Shown here one piece after another: positions 31,213 through 42,356 of a DNA stretch of 64,000 nt. The notes under the pieces were generated by a model. That model saw nothing but the letters and a program-made list of their open reading frames with translations, was not told the DNA's origin and searched no databases. Origin of the DNA: Candidatus Gottesmanbacteria bacterium (GTDB lineage Bacteria; Patescibacteriota; Microgenomatia; UBA10105; UBA927). Both the position numbers and the translations under genes were made by a program. Numbering within the stretch: position 1 is the first letter of the stretch; each line of letters opens with the position of its first letter. The stretch spans positions 57,051-121,050 of the forward strand of contig CAIJMI010000005.1 in the NCBI GenBank assembly GCA_903821745.1, in the 5' to 3' direction.

Positions 31213-33225
31213 ATGATTTCATTTTCACTTAAAAGCGATATGAAGCCAACCGGTGATCAACCAGAAGCAATTGACGCGCTTGTTAATCATTTGGAAAAAA
31301 ATTATAAAGATCTGGTGCTTGTTGGGGTAACTGGAAGTGGTAAAACCTTCACCATGGCAAACGTCATTGCAAAATTGCAACGTCCTACGCTCATCATTTC
31401 ACATAATAAAACATTAGCAGCCCAGTTATATCAGGAGTTTCGGGATTTCTTTCCAAAAAACGCTGTTTCCTATTTTGTTTCCTATTATGATTATTATCAG
31501 CCGGAGTCCTACATACCACAATCGGATACGTATATTGAAAAAGAAACGCAGATTAATGAAGAAATAGATAAACTGCGTTTAGCAGCCACCGCAAACATCC
31601 TTACTCGTCCAGATACGATTGTTGTTGCATCCGTCTCTTGTATTTATAACATTGGATCACCTCGTGAATACGGCAATTTTGCCCTTGAGCTAAAAACAGG
31701 AATGAAAATCCGTCGGGAAGACATTATTACCCGGCTGGTTGCACTCCAATATGAACGGAACATGTGGGAAGTAAAACGAGGGTACTTTCGGGTTCGTGGA
31801 GAAACAATTGATCTTTTTCCGGCGTACGAAGATCAACTTCTACGAATTGAAATCATAAACGATACACTCGTATCTCTATCCCATGTCGACCCGCTTACTG
31901 GAAATGTTGAAGATACACTACCTGCGGTAGTTATTTATCCTGCAAAACACTACATGACAGATCCAACGATGTATAAGGAGGTCCTTAAGGTAATTCAAGC
32001 GGATATGGAAAAACAGGTTGCCCTGTTTAAAAAACAAGGGAAACTTATTGAAGCACAGCGGATTCATGAACGGGTTACCCATGATTTGGAAATGCTGCAG
32101 GAAGTTGGCTATGTCAACGGAATTGAAAATTATTCTAGGTATTTTGACGGAAGAAAGCCGGGAGATCCACCCTACACACTTTTTGACTATTTTGAAGAAG
32201 CAACAAAAGGAAAACCGTGGCTTCTCTTTATTGATGAATCCCATATGACGATTCCACAAATTCGCGGCATGTACAATGGCGACCGGTCAAGAAAACAAAC
32301 GCTTATTGATTACGGATTCAGACTTCCCTCAGCCCTTGATAATCGGCCAATGGTATTTGATGAATTTTTACGGAAACGCCCACAAACCGTGTATGTTTCC
32401 GCAACTCCTGATGACTGGGAACTGACAAACGCAAAACACATTGTTGAACAATTGGTTCGTCCAACCGGCCTTATTGATCCTATTATCTCCATTCGTCCTG
32501 CCAAAGGACAAATTGCGGATTTAGAAAAGGAAATTACAAAGCGCATTGCGCTTCATGAACGCGTTATTGTTACAACACTAACAAAACAAATGGCTGAAGA
32601 TCTCACCGCGTATTTAAAACAAAAAGGCGTACTTGTTGAATATATTCACTCGGATATTGAAACGCTTGATCGGACAACAATTCTTGCCAATCTTCGGAAA
32701 GGCGCATTTGATGTCATTATTGGTGTGAACTTACTTCGCGAAGGCCTGGATTTACCAGAGGTGTCCTTGGTTGCCATTCTTGATGCAGACAAGGAAGGAT
32801 TTTTACGAAGTCGTGTTAGTTTAATTCAAACCATGGGTCGAGCAGCAAGGCATATTAAGGGAGAAGTTATTCTCTACGCTGATATGATGACAAAATCGAT
32901 TACTGCAGCAGTTGAAGAAGTAGAACGGCGGAAAAAAGTGCAGCTTGCATACAACAAAAAACATAATATTACGCCGACAACCATTCATAAGGCTATACGG
33001 TCAGGACTCATTGCAGAATGGAGCCAGCAGCATGAAGCCGCGGAAAAAATATATACCGACCTTGCAACATATACCGACAAAAAGGTTGAATCGATGACAG
33101 AACTTGACAAGCAAAAACTCATTCATAAAATGCGTATTCTGATGCAGAAGGCTTCTAAAAATTTGCAATTCGAAGAAGCTGCATCAATACGCGATTTTAT
33201 TGCATCACTTGCTGCAAAGAAGTAG
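31213..33225 (+). CDS. uvrB: Excinuclease ABC subunit B
   Basis: GVTGSGKT, YYDYYQPE, DESH, NLLREGLD. Confidence 0.98.
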   Translation: MISFSLKSDMKPTGDQPEAIDALVNHLEKNYKDLVLVGVTGSGKTFTMANVIAKLQRPTLIISHNKTLAAQLYQEFRDFFPKNAVSYFVSYYDYYQPESYIPQSDTYIEKETQINEEIDKLRLAATANILTRPDTIVVASVSCIYNIGSPREYGNFALELKTGMKIRREDIITRLVALQYERNMWEVKRGYFRVRGETIDLFPAYEDQLLRIEIINDTLVSLSHVDPLTGNVEDTLPAVVIYPAKHYMTDPTMYKEVLKVIQADMEKQVALFKKQGKLIEAQRIHERVTHDLEMLQEVGYVNGIENYSRYFDGRKPGDPPYTLFDYFEEATKGKPWLLFIDESHMTIPQIRGMYNGDRSRKQTLIDYGFRLPSALDNRPMVFDEFLRKRPQTVYVSATPDDWELTNAKHIVEQLVRPTGLIDPIISIRPAKGQIADLEKEITKRIALHERVIVTTLTKQMAEDLTAYLKQKGVLVEYIHSDIETLDRTTILANLRKGAFDVIIGVNLLREGLDLPEVSLVAILDADKEGFLRSRVSLIQTMGRAARHIKGEVILYADMMTKSITAAVEEVERRKKVQLAYNKKHNITPTTIHKAIRSGLIAEWSQQHEAAEKIYTDLATYTDKKVESMTELDKQKLIHKMRILMQKASKNLQFEEAASIRDFIASLAAKK

Positions 33226-33292
33226 ATATGGAGTATAATATCTGTTGTGCCACGGGACCATCCGCGGTCAATTTGGTTGGGTGAAATAATAT

Positions 33293-36244
33293 ATGGACGA
33301 TCAAATCATCATATCAGGAGCACGGCAGCATAATTTAAAAAACATAAATTGTTTGCTGCCGAAAAAAAAAGTGGTTGTTTTTACTGGGGTATCAGGATCC
33401 GGTAAGTCATCGCTTGCGTTTGACACGATCTATGCTGAAGGCCAACGGCGGTATGTTGAGTCTCTCTCATCCTATGCCAGACAATTTTTAGGCATTATGG
33501 ATAAGCCGGATGTAGACAACATTATTGGCTTGTCACCTGCAATATCCATTGATCAAAAATCAACTTCTCACAATCCAAGATCAACCGTTGGCACAGTAAC
33601 GGAAATTTACGATTACCTACGGCTGCTGTTTGCAAGAATTGGTCATCCACATTGTCCAACGTGTGGGAGAGAAATTTCAAAACTTTCAACGGCGCAAATT
33701 GTTTCCATGGTACTTACTGAAACCCAATCGCAACTAACCGATACCACCAAAAAAACGGTGTTTCTCATGGTGCTTGCACCTCTTATTCGTGATAGGAAAG
33801 GCGAATATAGCGGCTTATTTGAGAACTTAAAAGCAAAAGGCTACAAAACAATTCGCGTCGATGGCATTTTTTATCCAATCGATGATGTTGTGGTTCTTAT
33901 AAAAACAAATAAACACACAATTGATGTTGTCGTTGATAAGGTGAGTATTGAAAAAAAGTCGTTCCGTGATGAAAAAATAAAACACACAATTACCAGCAGG
34001 CTTTCCGACAGTGTTGAACAAGCATTGGCTCTTTCAGGAGGATTGGTAACGATTTCACAGATTAAAGATACGGTATTTGCGTTCTCGGAACATCCAAAAA
34101 AGGTCAAAGATACCATATATTCAGAACATTTTTCCTGTCCAGTCTGTAACACGTCAATTTCTGAATTGGAACCTAGGATGTTTTCATTTAATTCTCCGCA
34201 TGGAGCATGTCCTGCGTGTGGCGGTATTGGTTTTGTATCAACGGTCGATTCGACGCTGATTATGAATCCGGAATTATCCATCAGTGAAGGCGGTATTTTA
34301 CCATTCTCTCGCATGTTTTTACATGACACTTGGTTTGCTCGAATTATAAAAACAGTTGCCGATGCGTACAATATTGATACACGAAAACCCATCGGCCAGC
34401 TGACAGCAAAACAACAAGAGATATTGCTGTACGGCACTGGTGAAACGATTCATGAAGTTGAAGGCACAAACCGATTTGGAGAATTTACAACAATACATGA
34501 GTCCTTTAACGGTTTTATTGCAGAGCTTAAAAAACGGCATCGGGAAACACAATCTTCGTATATGCGTGAGGAAATTGAAAAATTTATGCGCGAAGAAATA
34601 TGCGATCAATGTCATGGAACGAGGCTAAAAAAAGAAAGTCTTACAGTAACTATTGATGGATTTTCAATTGCGGATAGCACAGGGCTTTCTATTCAGGAAA
34701 CCATTCACTGGGTAGAACGTCTATCACACCAAACAAAATCCATGTTGAGTGCACGAGAAAAAATTATATCAGGACCAATTTTAAAAGAAATACGTATCCG
34801 GTTACAGTTTCTTCTTAATGTGGGACTCACGTATCTTACCCTTGCCCGCGGTGCATCAACATTATCTGGCGGCGAAGCACAGCGTATTCGACTTGCCTCT
34901 CAAATCGGTTCAGGACTTTCCGGAGTACTCTATGTGCTTGATGAACCGTCAATTGGACTACACCAACGGGATAACAGAAAACTCATTGATACACTGCACC
35001 ATCTTCGCAATTTAGGAAATACCGTCATTGTTGTTGAACATGACCGGGAAATGATGGAGTCTGCTGATCATATCGTTGATTTTGGACCAGGTGCAGGAGA
35101 ACATGGAGGAACAATTGTTGCTCAGGGTACGTTTGAAGAGATTCTTACATCAAAATCCCTGACCAGCCAGTATTTATCAAACAAAAAAACAATCACACGG
35201 ACACTTCGTCCATTTCTTTTTGATACGGTTGCCAAAAAAGAATCGGACAATGAACATCTTCGCATCATTGGCGCGACACATAATAATTTAAAAAATGTTA
35301 CAGCAACGATTCCACTTGGGAAATTGGTTTGTATTACCGGCGTCTCAGGAAGCGGAAAATCATCCCTTATTGTAGATACGTTATTTCCAGCGTTGCAGCA
35401 CCACTTTAATCCTGTATCAAAGGAAAAACCTGGACATTTTGAGAAAATTGAAGGTCTTGAAAAAATTGATAAAACGATTCTTATTGATCAATCACCAATT
35501 GGTAGAACTCCCCGAAGCAATCCTGCCACATATACCGGATTATTTACCTACATCCGTGATTTGTTTGCGATGATGCCTGACGCTAAAGCAAAAGGGTACA
35601 CAACAGGAAGGTTTTCATTTAACGTAAAAGGCGGTCGGTGCGAAGCATGTGAAGGTGAAGGACAAAAGCGTATTGAAATGCAATTTTTATCTGATGTCTT
35701 TGTTACCTGCGAAGTTTGTAAAGGAACCCGATATAACCAGGAGACGCTTGAGGTCCTGTATCACGAAAAAAATATAGCAGATGTCCTGCAGATGAGTGTT
35801 GACGAAGCAATCGGGTTTTTTCAACATCATTCAGGAATCCAGGAAAAACTCAAAACCATTCAGGATGTCGGTCTTGGATATATGAAATTAGGCCAACCCG
35901 CAACTACGCTTTCCGGTGGTGAAGCCCAGCGCGTGAAACTAGCAACAGAACTTTCGCGCCGTGCGACAGGAAAAACAGTCTACGTACTTGATGAACCAAC
36001 AACAGGGTTACACTTTGCGGATTTGGAAAAATTGTTACATGTGCTTGACCGTCTGACTGCTTATGGAAATACCGTTATCGTTATTGAACATAATTTGGAT
36101 ATAATAAAGAATGCAGACTGGATTATTGACATGGGTCCGGAAGGGGGAGACGAAGGGGGAAAAATAATTGCCGTCGGAACTCCTCTTGAAATAAGTAACA
36201 ATAGTGCATCTGCGACCGGACAATTTTTACAAACAGTGTTATGA
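33293..36244 (+). CDS. uvrA: Excinuclease ABC subunit A
   Basis: Two GVSGSGKSS ABC ATPase domains, zinc fingers, LSGGEAQR. Confidence 0.98.
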   Translation: MDDQIIISGARQHNLKNINCLLPKKKVVVFTGVSGSGKSSLAFDTIYAEGQRRYVESLSSYARQFLGIMDKPDVDNIIGLSPAISIDQKSTSHNPRSTVGTVTEIYDYLRLLFARIGHPHCPTCGREISKLSTAQIVSMVLTETQSQLTDTTKKTVFLMVLAPLIRDRKGEYSGLFENLKAKGYKTIRVDGIFYPIDDVVVLIKTNKHTIDVVVDKVSIEKKSFRDEKIKHTITSRLSDSVEQALALSGGLVTISQIKDTVFAFSEHPKKVKDTIYSEHFSCPVCNTSISELEPRMFSFNSPHGACPACGGIGFVSTVDSTLIMNPELSISEGGILPFSRMFLHDTWFARIIKTVADAYNIDTRKPIGQLTAKQQEILLYGTGETIHEVEGTNRFGEFTTIHESFNGFIAELKKRHRETQSSYMREEIEKFMREEICDQCHGTRLKKESLTVTIDGFSIADSTGLSIQETIHWVERLSHQTKSMLSAREKIISGPILKEIRIRLQFLLNVGLTYLTLARGASTLSGGEAQRIRLASQIGSGLSGVLYVLDEPSIGLHQRDNRKLIDTLHHLRNLGNTVIVVEHDREMMESADHIVDFGPGAGEHGGTIVAQGTFEEILTSKSLTSQYLSNKKTITRTLRPFLFDTVAKKESDNEHLRIIGATHNNLKNVTATIPLGKLVCITGVSGSGKSSLIVDTLFPALQHHFNPVSKEKPGHFEKIEGLEKIDKTILIDQSPIGRTPRSNPATYTGLFTYIRDLFAMMPDAKAKGYTTGRFSFNVKGGRCEACEGEGQKRIEMQFLSDVFVTCEVCKGTRYNQETLEVLYHEKNIADVLQMSVDEAIGFFQHHSGIQEKLKTIQDVGLGYMKLGQPATTLSGGEAQRVKLATELSRRATGKTVYVLDEPTTGLHFADLEKLLHVLDRLTAYGNTVIVIEHNLDIIKNADWIIDMGPEGGDEGGKIIAVGTPLEISNNSASATGQFLQTVL

Positions 36245-38028
36245 AATTAAACATCATACGGTATATCCAATACATTTCTTGTATTGTTGTTTGTTGTTTC
36301 CTTCCTACATCCTTGAAAGCCGCTGATTTTATTGCGGATTATGATACGCAGTATGCGGTTTCTCCAAGCGGGACAACCATTGTTACACAAAACATAACGC
36401 TTACCAACAAGCAATCAAATTTATATCCCAAGCAATACGCAATCAGTATTGAAAGCGATAAAATCCATAATGTTATCGCCTATGACAAAAAAGGCGTCAT
36501 TACGCCTAAAATTACCCAAGGTGGAGGAAAAACACAGATCGTTGTCTTGTTTAATGAACAGGTTGTGGGACTCGACAAACAGCTCAACTTTTCACTTCGC
36601 TATGAAAACGGGGACATCGCAGAGCAGCTCGGAAATATATGGGAAATAAAAATTCCCGGAATAACGGAAGATGAAACGCTTGGAGAATATAACGTTTCTT
36701 TACAAACACCTTCCTCATTTCCACCAAATGCATATATGACACCACTTCCGGCAGTGGGCGGAAGGTGGATAAAAGCGCAGTTGATTAGCGGTGGTATTTA
36801 CGCAGGATACGGGGAATTTCAATCCTATATTGTGGAGGCAACGTATAATCTCGAAAATGATACGTTATCATCTAAACTAACAACCATTACGATTCCTGCA
36901 GATACTGCATATCAAACCGTCAGTATTATCAGTATGAATCCAAAGCCAAAAGAAATGAAAAAGGATGAGGACGGAAATTGGATAGCGAATTATGAACTTT
37001 CTTCCATGCAAAAAGTAGACGTGAATGCAAAACTCAATGTACAAACGTACAATAAAGCAAAAAAAACCATACAAACGGCACTTACGGATAAAACGGTTTA
37101 TCTTCAGCAGCAGCGGTATTGGGAAATCGGAGATACAAAAATTCAGTCACTAGCCAAACAATATACAACCCCTCGGGAAATATACGATTATGTTATAAGA
37201 ACGCTATCTTATACAAAAACAACCAACAAAGAATCCATACGAAAAGGTGCAGTTGGCGCACTTGCTGATCCGACAAACAGTGTATGTACGGAATTTACTG
37301 ATCTGTTTATTGCAATTGCGCGAGCAGCGGGTATTCCGGCACGCGAAGTGATTGGGTATGCATATACGACGGATGCAAAGCTGCGTCCATTGCTTACGGG
37401 ATCTGATGTTTTACATGCATGGCCAGAATATTACGATACAACAAAGCAGGTCTGGATACCAATTGACCCAACATGGGGGCATACCACAGGTGGAGTAAAC
37501 TATTTTGATGTGTTCGATTTTAATCATATTGCGTTCGTCGTACATGGAAAATCAAGTGAAACTCCCTATCCAGCAGGTTCCTACAAAGAAGGTTCCATAC
37601 CGAAAAAAAATGTGTCTGTTACATTTGCGCCAGTTATGAAAACCATCGTAAACAATAGTTTTAGAACTACTTTTTTACTACCAAAAAAAGTTTCAGCCGG
37701 CAAAAATCTTGTTGGATCAGTCCAGATAGAAAATTTAGGCAATACAACGTCAGAAAAAGTTGCGATTGTTATTGACGCAAACCCATTTTTGTTTCATACA
37801 GAAAAACAAGAAGAGAACATCCCTCCGTTTGGAATGATCACTCTTCCGATTTCTATATCCATTCCAAATTATCTCTCAAACGGAAAAGGCACGGTGAATG
37901 TTTCTGTGAATGGAGAAATAAATTCTTTTACCTATACGGTAACTCCCATGTATTGGCTCCTTATGCCAATAAGTATTATTTTTATCTGCCTGATTATTAT
38001 TCTATGGTTGATATTCAAAAAAAAGTAA
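36241..38028 (+). CDS. Secreted, C-terminally anchored transglutaminase-like protein
   Basis: Signal peptide; VCTEF, HAWPE, IDPTWG Cys-His-Asp core; C-terminal TM plus KKK. Confidence 0.88.
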   Translation: MKLNIIRYIQYISCIVVCCFLPTSLKAADFIADYDTQYAVSPSGTTIVTQNITLTNKQSNLYPKQYAISIESDKIHNVIAYDKKGVITPKITQGGGKTQIVVLFNEQVVGLDKQLNFSLRYENGDIAEQLGNIWEIKIPGITEDETLGEYNVSLQTPSSFPPNAYMTPLPAVGGRWIKAQLISGGIYAGYGEFQSYIVEATYNLENDTLSSKLTTITIPADTAYQTVSIISMNPKPKEMKKDEDGNWIANYELSSMQKVDVNAKLNVQTYNKAKKTIQTALTDKTVYLQQQRYWEIGDTKIQSLAKQYTTPREIYDYVIRTLSYTKTTNKESIRKGAVGALADPTNSVCTEFTDLFIAIARAAGIPAREVIGYAYTTDAKLRPLLTGSDVLHAWPEYYDTTKQVWIPIDPTWGHTTGGVNYFDVFDFNHIAFVVHGKSSETPYPAGSYKEGSIPKKNVSVTFAPVMKTIVNNSFRTTFLLPKKVSAGKNLVGSVQIENLGNTTSEKVAIVIDANPFLFHTEKQEENIPPFGMITLPISISIPNYLSNGKGTVNVSVNGEINSFTYTVTPMYWLLMPISIIFICLIIILWLIFKKK

Positions 38029-39326
38029 GCGAACTTCCCACAACTCCTGGCGTCTATCTCTATAAAGATGCTTCTGACACAATCATTTACGTCGGAAAAG
38101 CCGTCAATCTGAGACGACGGGTAAAACAATATTTTGAAAAAGGGCACACCTTATCACCAAAGACGGAACAACTTGTTTCCACTATTGCAGATTTGGACCA
38201 TAAGGATACAGTAACCGAGTTTGATGCATTGCTTCTTGAATCCAATCTTATTCGAACGTACCAACCAAAGTACAACATGATTGCAAAGGACGATAAAAGC
38301 CCAATTTACATCCATGTGTCACTGGAAGACAACTTACCACGCATTCAACTTACAAGAAAACCGAAGTCACCAGAAAAACATACATTTTACGCAGGACCAT
38401 TCCAATCAACGCGTGTTGCAAAATCCATTCTTCGATCAATACGGCGTTGTATTCCATATTGCACCCAAAAACAACGAACGGGCAAACCTTGTTTCTATAC
38501 CCATATCAACCTTTGTTCTCCGTGCCCATCAGAAATAGTAAAAATGCCTGAAGGACAACCAAAACAGCTGTTAATTCAACAGTACCGAAAAAATATTTTT
38601 AAAATTAAACGTATTTTGGAAGGCAATATTTTACCGGTTGCAAACGATCTTGAACAAGAAATGAACGAAGAAGCAAAAAATAATCATTTCGAACAAGCAG
38701 CACAACTTCGAGACCGAATAATTGCGCTCCAGCAGTTATTACTGACACATTTTGATCCTTCATTATATCTTGATGATGCAGTTACCATCGGCGAAACTGT
38801 TGAACAGGAGCTTAAAGATCTTCGAAGCATTCTGATAACTGCATACCCAACAATGCAACAGCTACAAAAAATTGAATGCGTTGATATTTCCAATAATGCA
38901 GGCACTGATCCCGTGGGATCTCTCGTCGTCATGGAACACGGCATTATAGACAGGTCACAATACCGGAGATTTGCAATTCGGGATATTGTAGGTTCAAATG
39001 ATACTGCGATGATTAATCAAGTTGTAGAACGGAGGCTAAAACATAAGGAATGGTCATTGCCAGATCTTCTCGTGATTGATGGCGGGAAGGGGCAAGTGAA
39101 AGCCGCAGAACAAGCAATAAAACGAAGCGCAGTCTCAATTCCTATTATTGGTCTTGCAAAAAAATATGAATCCATCGTTATGCCTGTTGATGGAATTTGG
39201 AAGCTTTTGCATCTTGCAAGTACCCGTCCAGCTATTCAACTTCTCAAGCGAATTCGCGATGAGTCACATCGCTTCGCGATTGGCTATCACCGATTAAAAC
39301 GAGCCAAAACATGGAACGAATCGTAA
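38004..39326 (+). CDS. uvrC: Excinuclease ABC subunit C (no C-terminal HhH)
   Basis: GVY..IYVGKA GIY-YIG, IECVDIS, DGGKGQ, RDESHRFA; start reset to ATG 38004. Confidence 0.92.
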   Translation: MVDIQKKVSELPTTPGVYLYKDASDTIIYVGKAVNLRRRVKQYFEKGHTLSPKTEQLVSTIADLDHKDTVTEFDALLLESNLIRTYQPKYNMIAKDDKSPIYIHVSLEDNLPRIQLTRKPKSPEKHTFYAGPFQSTRVAKSILRSIRRCIPYCTQKQRTGKPCFYTHINLCSPCPSEIVKMPEGQPKQLLIQQYRKNIFKIKRILEGNILPVANDLEQEMNEEAKNNHFEQAAQLRDRIIALQQLLLTHFDPSLYLDDAVTIGETVEQELKDLRSILITAYPTMQQLQKIECVDISNNAGTDPVGSLVVMEHGIIDRSQYRRFAIRDIVGSNDTAMINQVVERRLKHKEWSLPDLLVIDGGKGQVKAAEQAIKRSAVSIPIIGLAKKYESIVMPVDGIWKLLHLASTRPAIQLLKRIRDESHRFAIGYHRLKRAKTWNES

Positions 39327-39363
39327 ATTGATTCCCTGCTATCAATCTGATAGCATATTTACT

Positions 39364-39768
39364 ATGAAATACTTCATCAAGGTCTGGGTATTTTACGTGT
39401 TTAGCTTGTGGCTAACCAAAGAACTGTTTCCAGCATTTACGGTTGGCGGTGGATGGGGAACTTTGTTTATCTCGGGACTCATTTTGTCACTCCTCATGCT
39501 CATCGTAAAACCCATATTGAAAATTTTATTTATTCCGATTAATATCCTTACATTTGGTTTACTTTCATGGTTTATTAATGTCATCGTTATTTATCTTCTA
39601 ACCTTACTTGCACCAAATGTTGCAATTCACGCGTGGATATTTCCTGGATTGACCTGGTCAGGCTTTGTCATGCCAGCAACGTCTCTTTCATATCTCATGT
39701 GTCTTATTGCAACGTCACTAAGTGTTACGTGTATCACGAATATTCTTGAGGATATTACGGAGTCCTAA
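39364..39768 (+). CDS. YvlD/phage holin family 4-TM membrane protein
   Basis: VKPILKILFIPINILTFGL..FIN motif. Confidence 0.85.
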   Translation: MKYFIKVWVFYVFSLWLTKELFPAFTVGGGWGTLFISGLILSLLMLIVKPILKILFIPINILTFGLLSWFINVIVIYLLTLLAPNVAIHAWIFPGLTWSGFVMPATSLSYLMCLIATSLSVTCITNILEDITES

Positions 39769-39772
39769 TAAT

Positions 39773-40786
39773 ATGAAAACATCTGAACATCTTCCACGGG
39801 TAGTTTGTATTGGTGGTGGTACTGGAACATTCGTCGTTTTAAAGGGGATGAAGCAATATTCCTGTAAGCTAAGTGCTGTTGTCTCTATGAGTGATAGCGG
39901 CGGCAGTAATAAACGAATTCGAGATGAATTTGGACTGTTACCGACATCTGATATCAGACAATGTCTTGTAGCTCTTTCTGACGAAAAAAATGGGAAGGGA
40001 CTCATGCGAACTCTTTTTATGTACCGGTTTGAAAAAGGAGAGGGTATTTCCGGTATGACCTTCGGAAATCTATTTATGGCAGCGCTTGCAGATATTTTAG
40101 GAAGCCAGGAAGAGGCAATTCGACAAACTGGAAAGGTGCTTCGGATTCATGGATCAGTTATCCCAGTCTCTTTTACCAAAACAAATCTTACTGCTACCTA
40201 TGAAGATGGAACAACCGTTACAGGTGAGCATATTATTGATGAACCTGAACATGATGGATCATTAAAAATAACGGATGTTGCACTTGATCCAAAAGCAGAA
40301 GCCAATCCTGAAGCAATTGACGCATTACAATCAGCAGATCTTATTGTTCTTGGTCCAGGAGACTTGTATACGAGTGTGCTTCCAAATTTATTAGTAAATG
40401 GCATGCTTGAAGCAATACAAAAATCAAAAGCTACCGTCGTCTATATCATGAACCTCATGACGAAAAACGGCCAGACATATAACTACACAGCTGTCGATCA
40501 CCTCAATGTATTAAAAAAATATCTTGGAAACCGAATAAATACTGTTATTATGAATAATCAAGCTTTATCACCAGACGCATTAGCCGTTTACGCAAAATAT
40601 CACGAACTTCCCGTAATAGATGACCTTGATAAGGTAAGGAATGAATACAACATTATTCGAAATGACATAGTAAGCAATATCGTTATTACGAAGGCTCCAT
40701 CAGATACGCTTGTGCGAAGCCTTATTCGTCACGATAGCGATAAGCTCGCAAACGTGCTAGTATCGATTTTGGAGTACAAATCATGA
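39773..40786 (+). CDS. yvcK: YvcK/GlmR family (CofD-like) UDP-GlcNAc-binding protein
   Basis: IGGGTG, DSGGS, GNLF, GPGDLYTSV.PNL. Confidence 0.9.
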   Translation: MKTSEHLPRVVCIGGGTGTFVVLKGMKQYSCKLSAVVSMSDSGGSNKRIRDEFGLLPTSDIRQCLVALSDEKNGKGLMRTLFMYRFEKGEGISGMTFGNLFMAALADILGSQEEAIRQTGKVLRIHGSVIPVSFTKTNLTATYEDGTTVTGEHIIDEPEHDGSLKITDVALDPKAEANPEAIDALQSADLIVLGPGDLYTSVLPNLLVNGMLEAIQKSKATVVYIMNLMTKNGQTYNYTAVDHLNVLKKYLGNRINTVIMNNQALSPDALAVYAKYHELPVIDDLDKVRNEYNIIRNDIVSNIVITKAPSDTLVRSLIRHDSDKLANVLVSILEYKS

Positions 40787-40995
40787 GGTCAGTATTACTT
40801 ATTATTCAGCTTGTTGTTGCCATCACACTTGTCGGACTTATCCTTCTACAAAACAGCAAAGGCGGTCTCACCGCAGGAGTTGGTGGAGAAGCGTATCGAA
40901 CAAAAAGAGGTGCAGAAAAAGTTATTTTCAGTGCCACTATTGTTGCGGGTGTTATTTTTTTCATTATTTCAATTATAAATCTACTCGTGAAATAA
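40783..40995 (+). CDS. secG: Preprotein translocase subunit SecG
   Basis: Two TM helices, ILLQ..KGGL..G, RGAEK. Confidence 0.88.
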   Translation: MRSVLLIIQLVVAITLVGLILLQNSKGGLTAGVGGEAYRTKRGAEKVIFSATIVAGVIFFIISIINLLVK

Positions 40996-40998
40996 CGT

Positions 40999-42351
40999 AT
41001 GAGTCTTTTACGACGGGGACGGTTTTTGTTTTGGGCCGTTCGGGAACTTGCAAAAAAATACACGCGGTCACTGGTTATTGGTATCATCCTAGGATTTGGG
41101 ATTATGTTTGCTTTGTGGAAAATTTTCCCCCTTATTCGTTCTTCAGAGCTCTCCGCTACTCGCCGCATTGGGTATGTTGGTGAATACTCACCAAGCAATC
41201 TTCCTCTTGAGATTCAAAAACAAATGAGCTTCGGCCTCACAAATATTGCAAAAAATGGAGCTGCAATAAAGGGATTGGCAACAGCATGGGAATCAACAGA
41301 TAGCGGAAAGCTGTATACATTTCATTTAGATCCGCTTGTCACCTGGCATACAGGAAAACCAGTCGTAGCCTCAGATATTAACTACAATATTAACAATGTG
41401 ACATTTCAGGCACTTGATGATCATACATTACAAGTCAAACTACCAAACCCATTCAGTGTTTTTACTGTTCTGGTTTCCAAACCTATTTTTTCAAAAAATC
41501 TGACTGGTTTTGGACAATATAAAGTATCAACACTTAGATTAAAAGGGGGAACCATTACCTTTCTTCGGTTAGTAGCAGCAGGTACTACTCCTTTACCGAC
41601 CCTGGAATACCGTTTCTATCGTTCAGAAGACCAAGCAATGTTGGCATATAAGCTGGGAGAAATTGACGAACTTGCTGATATCAGTAGCATTGATCCAACA
41701 CTTGAAAAATGGAGGAATACCCGCATTCAAAAAACCTATAACAAAAATAGAATTATTACCCTGTATTTTAATATGAAAGATCCTCTCATGAAAGATAAGC
41801 AAATTCGGCAAATGCTTGCCTATTCCATTCCAGACCTTGGGTTTACCCACGCGTATTCTCCAATTGCGCCCACCTCATGGGCATACACCGATGAAGTAAA
41901 ACATTATGATCCTGACATGAAACAGGCAAAAGCATTATTTACTGCCGCCAAAATGGGTACATCGTCAGCAGAAATAACCATTACGACATTTTCCCAATAC
42001 CTGGGAGTTGCACAGGAAATGGTAAAAAGCTGGCAAAGTCTGGGTTTGAAAGTAAATATACGGACTGCAAATACCATTAATGAACCATATCAAATTCTTC
42101 TTTCAGCTCAGGACATTCCAACGGACCCTGACCAGTATGTTTATTGGCATTCGACACAGGGAGCTACAAATATATCAGGTATTGCGAATGCAAAAATTGA
42201 TAAACTTCTTGAAGATGGTCGAATAGAACAAAATACCGATACGCGAACAAAACTGTACGTGGATTTTCAAAAACGATTGGTTGAAGAGCTTCCAGTTGTA
42301 TTTCTCTATTATCCGACAGTCTATTCAATGATGCGGTCTTCAGGTCAATAA
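40999..42351 (+). CDS. ABC transporter substrate-binding protein family 5 (TM-anchored)
   Basis: GLATAWE..DSGK.YTF.L...WH.G..V.A.D; DPD.Y..WHS. Confidence 0.85.
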   Translation: MSLLRRGRFLFWAVRELAKKYTRSLVIGIILGFGIMFALWKIFPLIRSSELSATRRIGYVGEYSPSNLPLEIQKQMSFGLTNIAKNGAAIKGLATAWESTDSGKLYTFHLDPLVTWHTGKPVVASDINYNINNVTFQALDDHTLQVKLPNPFSVFTVLVSKPIFSKNLTGFGQYKVSTLRLKGGTITFLRLVAAGTTPLPTLEYRFYRSEDQAMLAYKLGEIDELADISSIDPTLEKWRNTRIQKTYNKNRIITLYFNMKDPLMKDKQIRQMLAYSIPDLGFTHAYSPIAPTSWAYTDEVKHYDPDMKQAKALFTAAKMGTSSAEITITTFSQYLGVAQEMVKSWQSLGLKVNIRTANTINEPYQILLSAQDIPTDPDQYVYWHSTQGATNISGIANAKIDKLLEDGRIEQNTDTRTKLYVDFQKRLVEELPVVFLYYPTVYSMMRSSGQ

Positions 42352-42356
42352 AATTT

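Noticed and set aside
33226-33292. Possible structured leader before uvrA
   Set aside because: Only short weak stems and no recognisable motif
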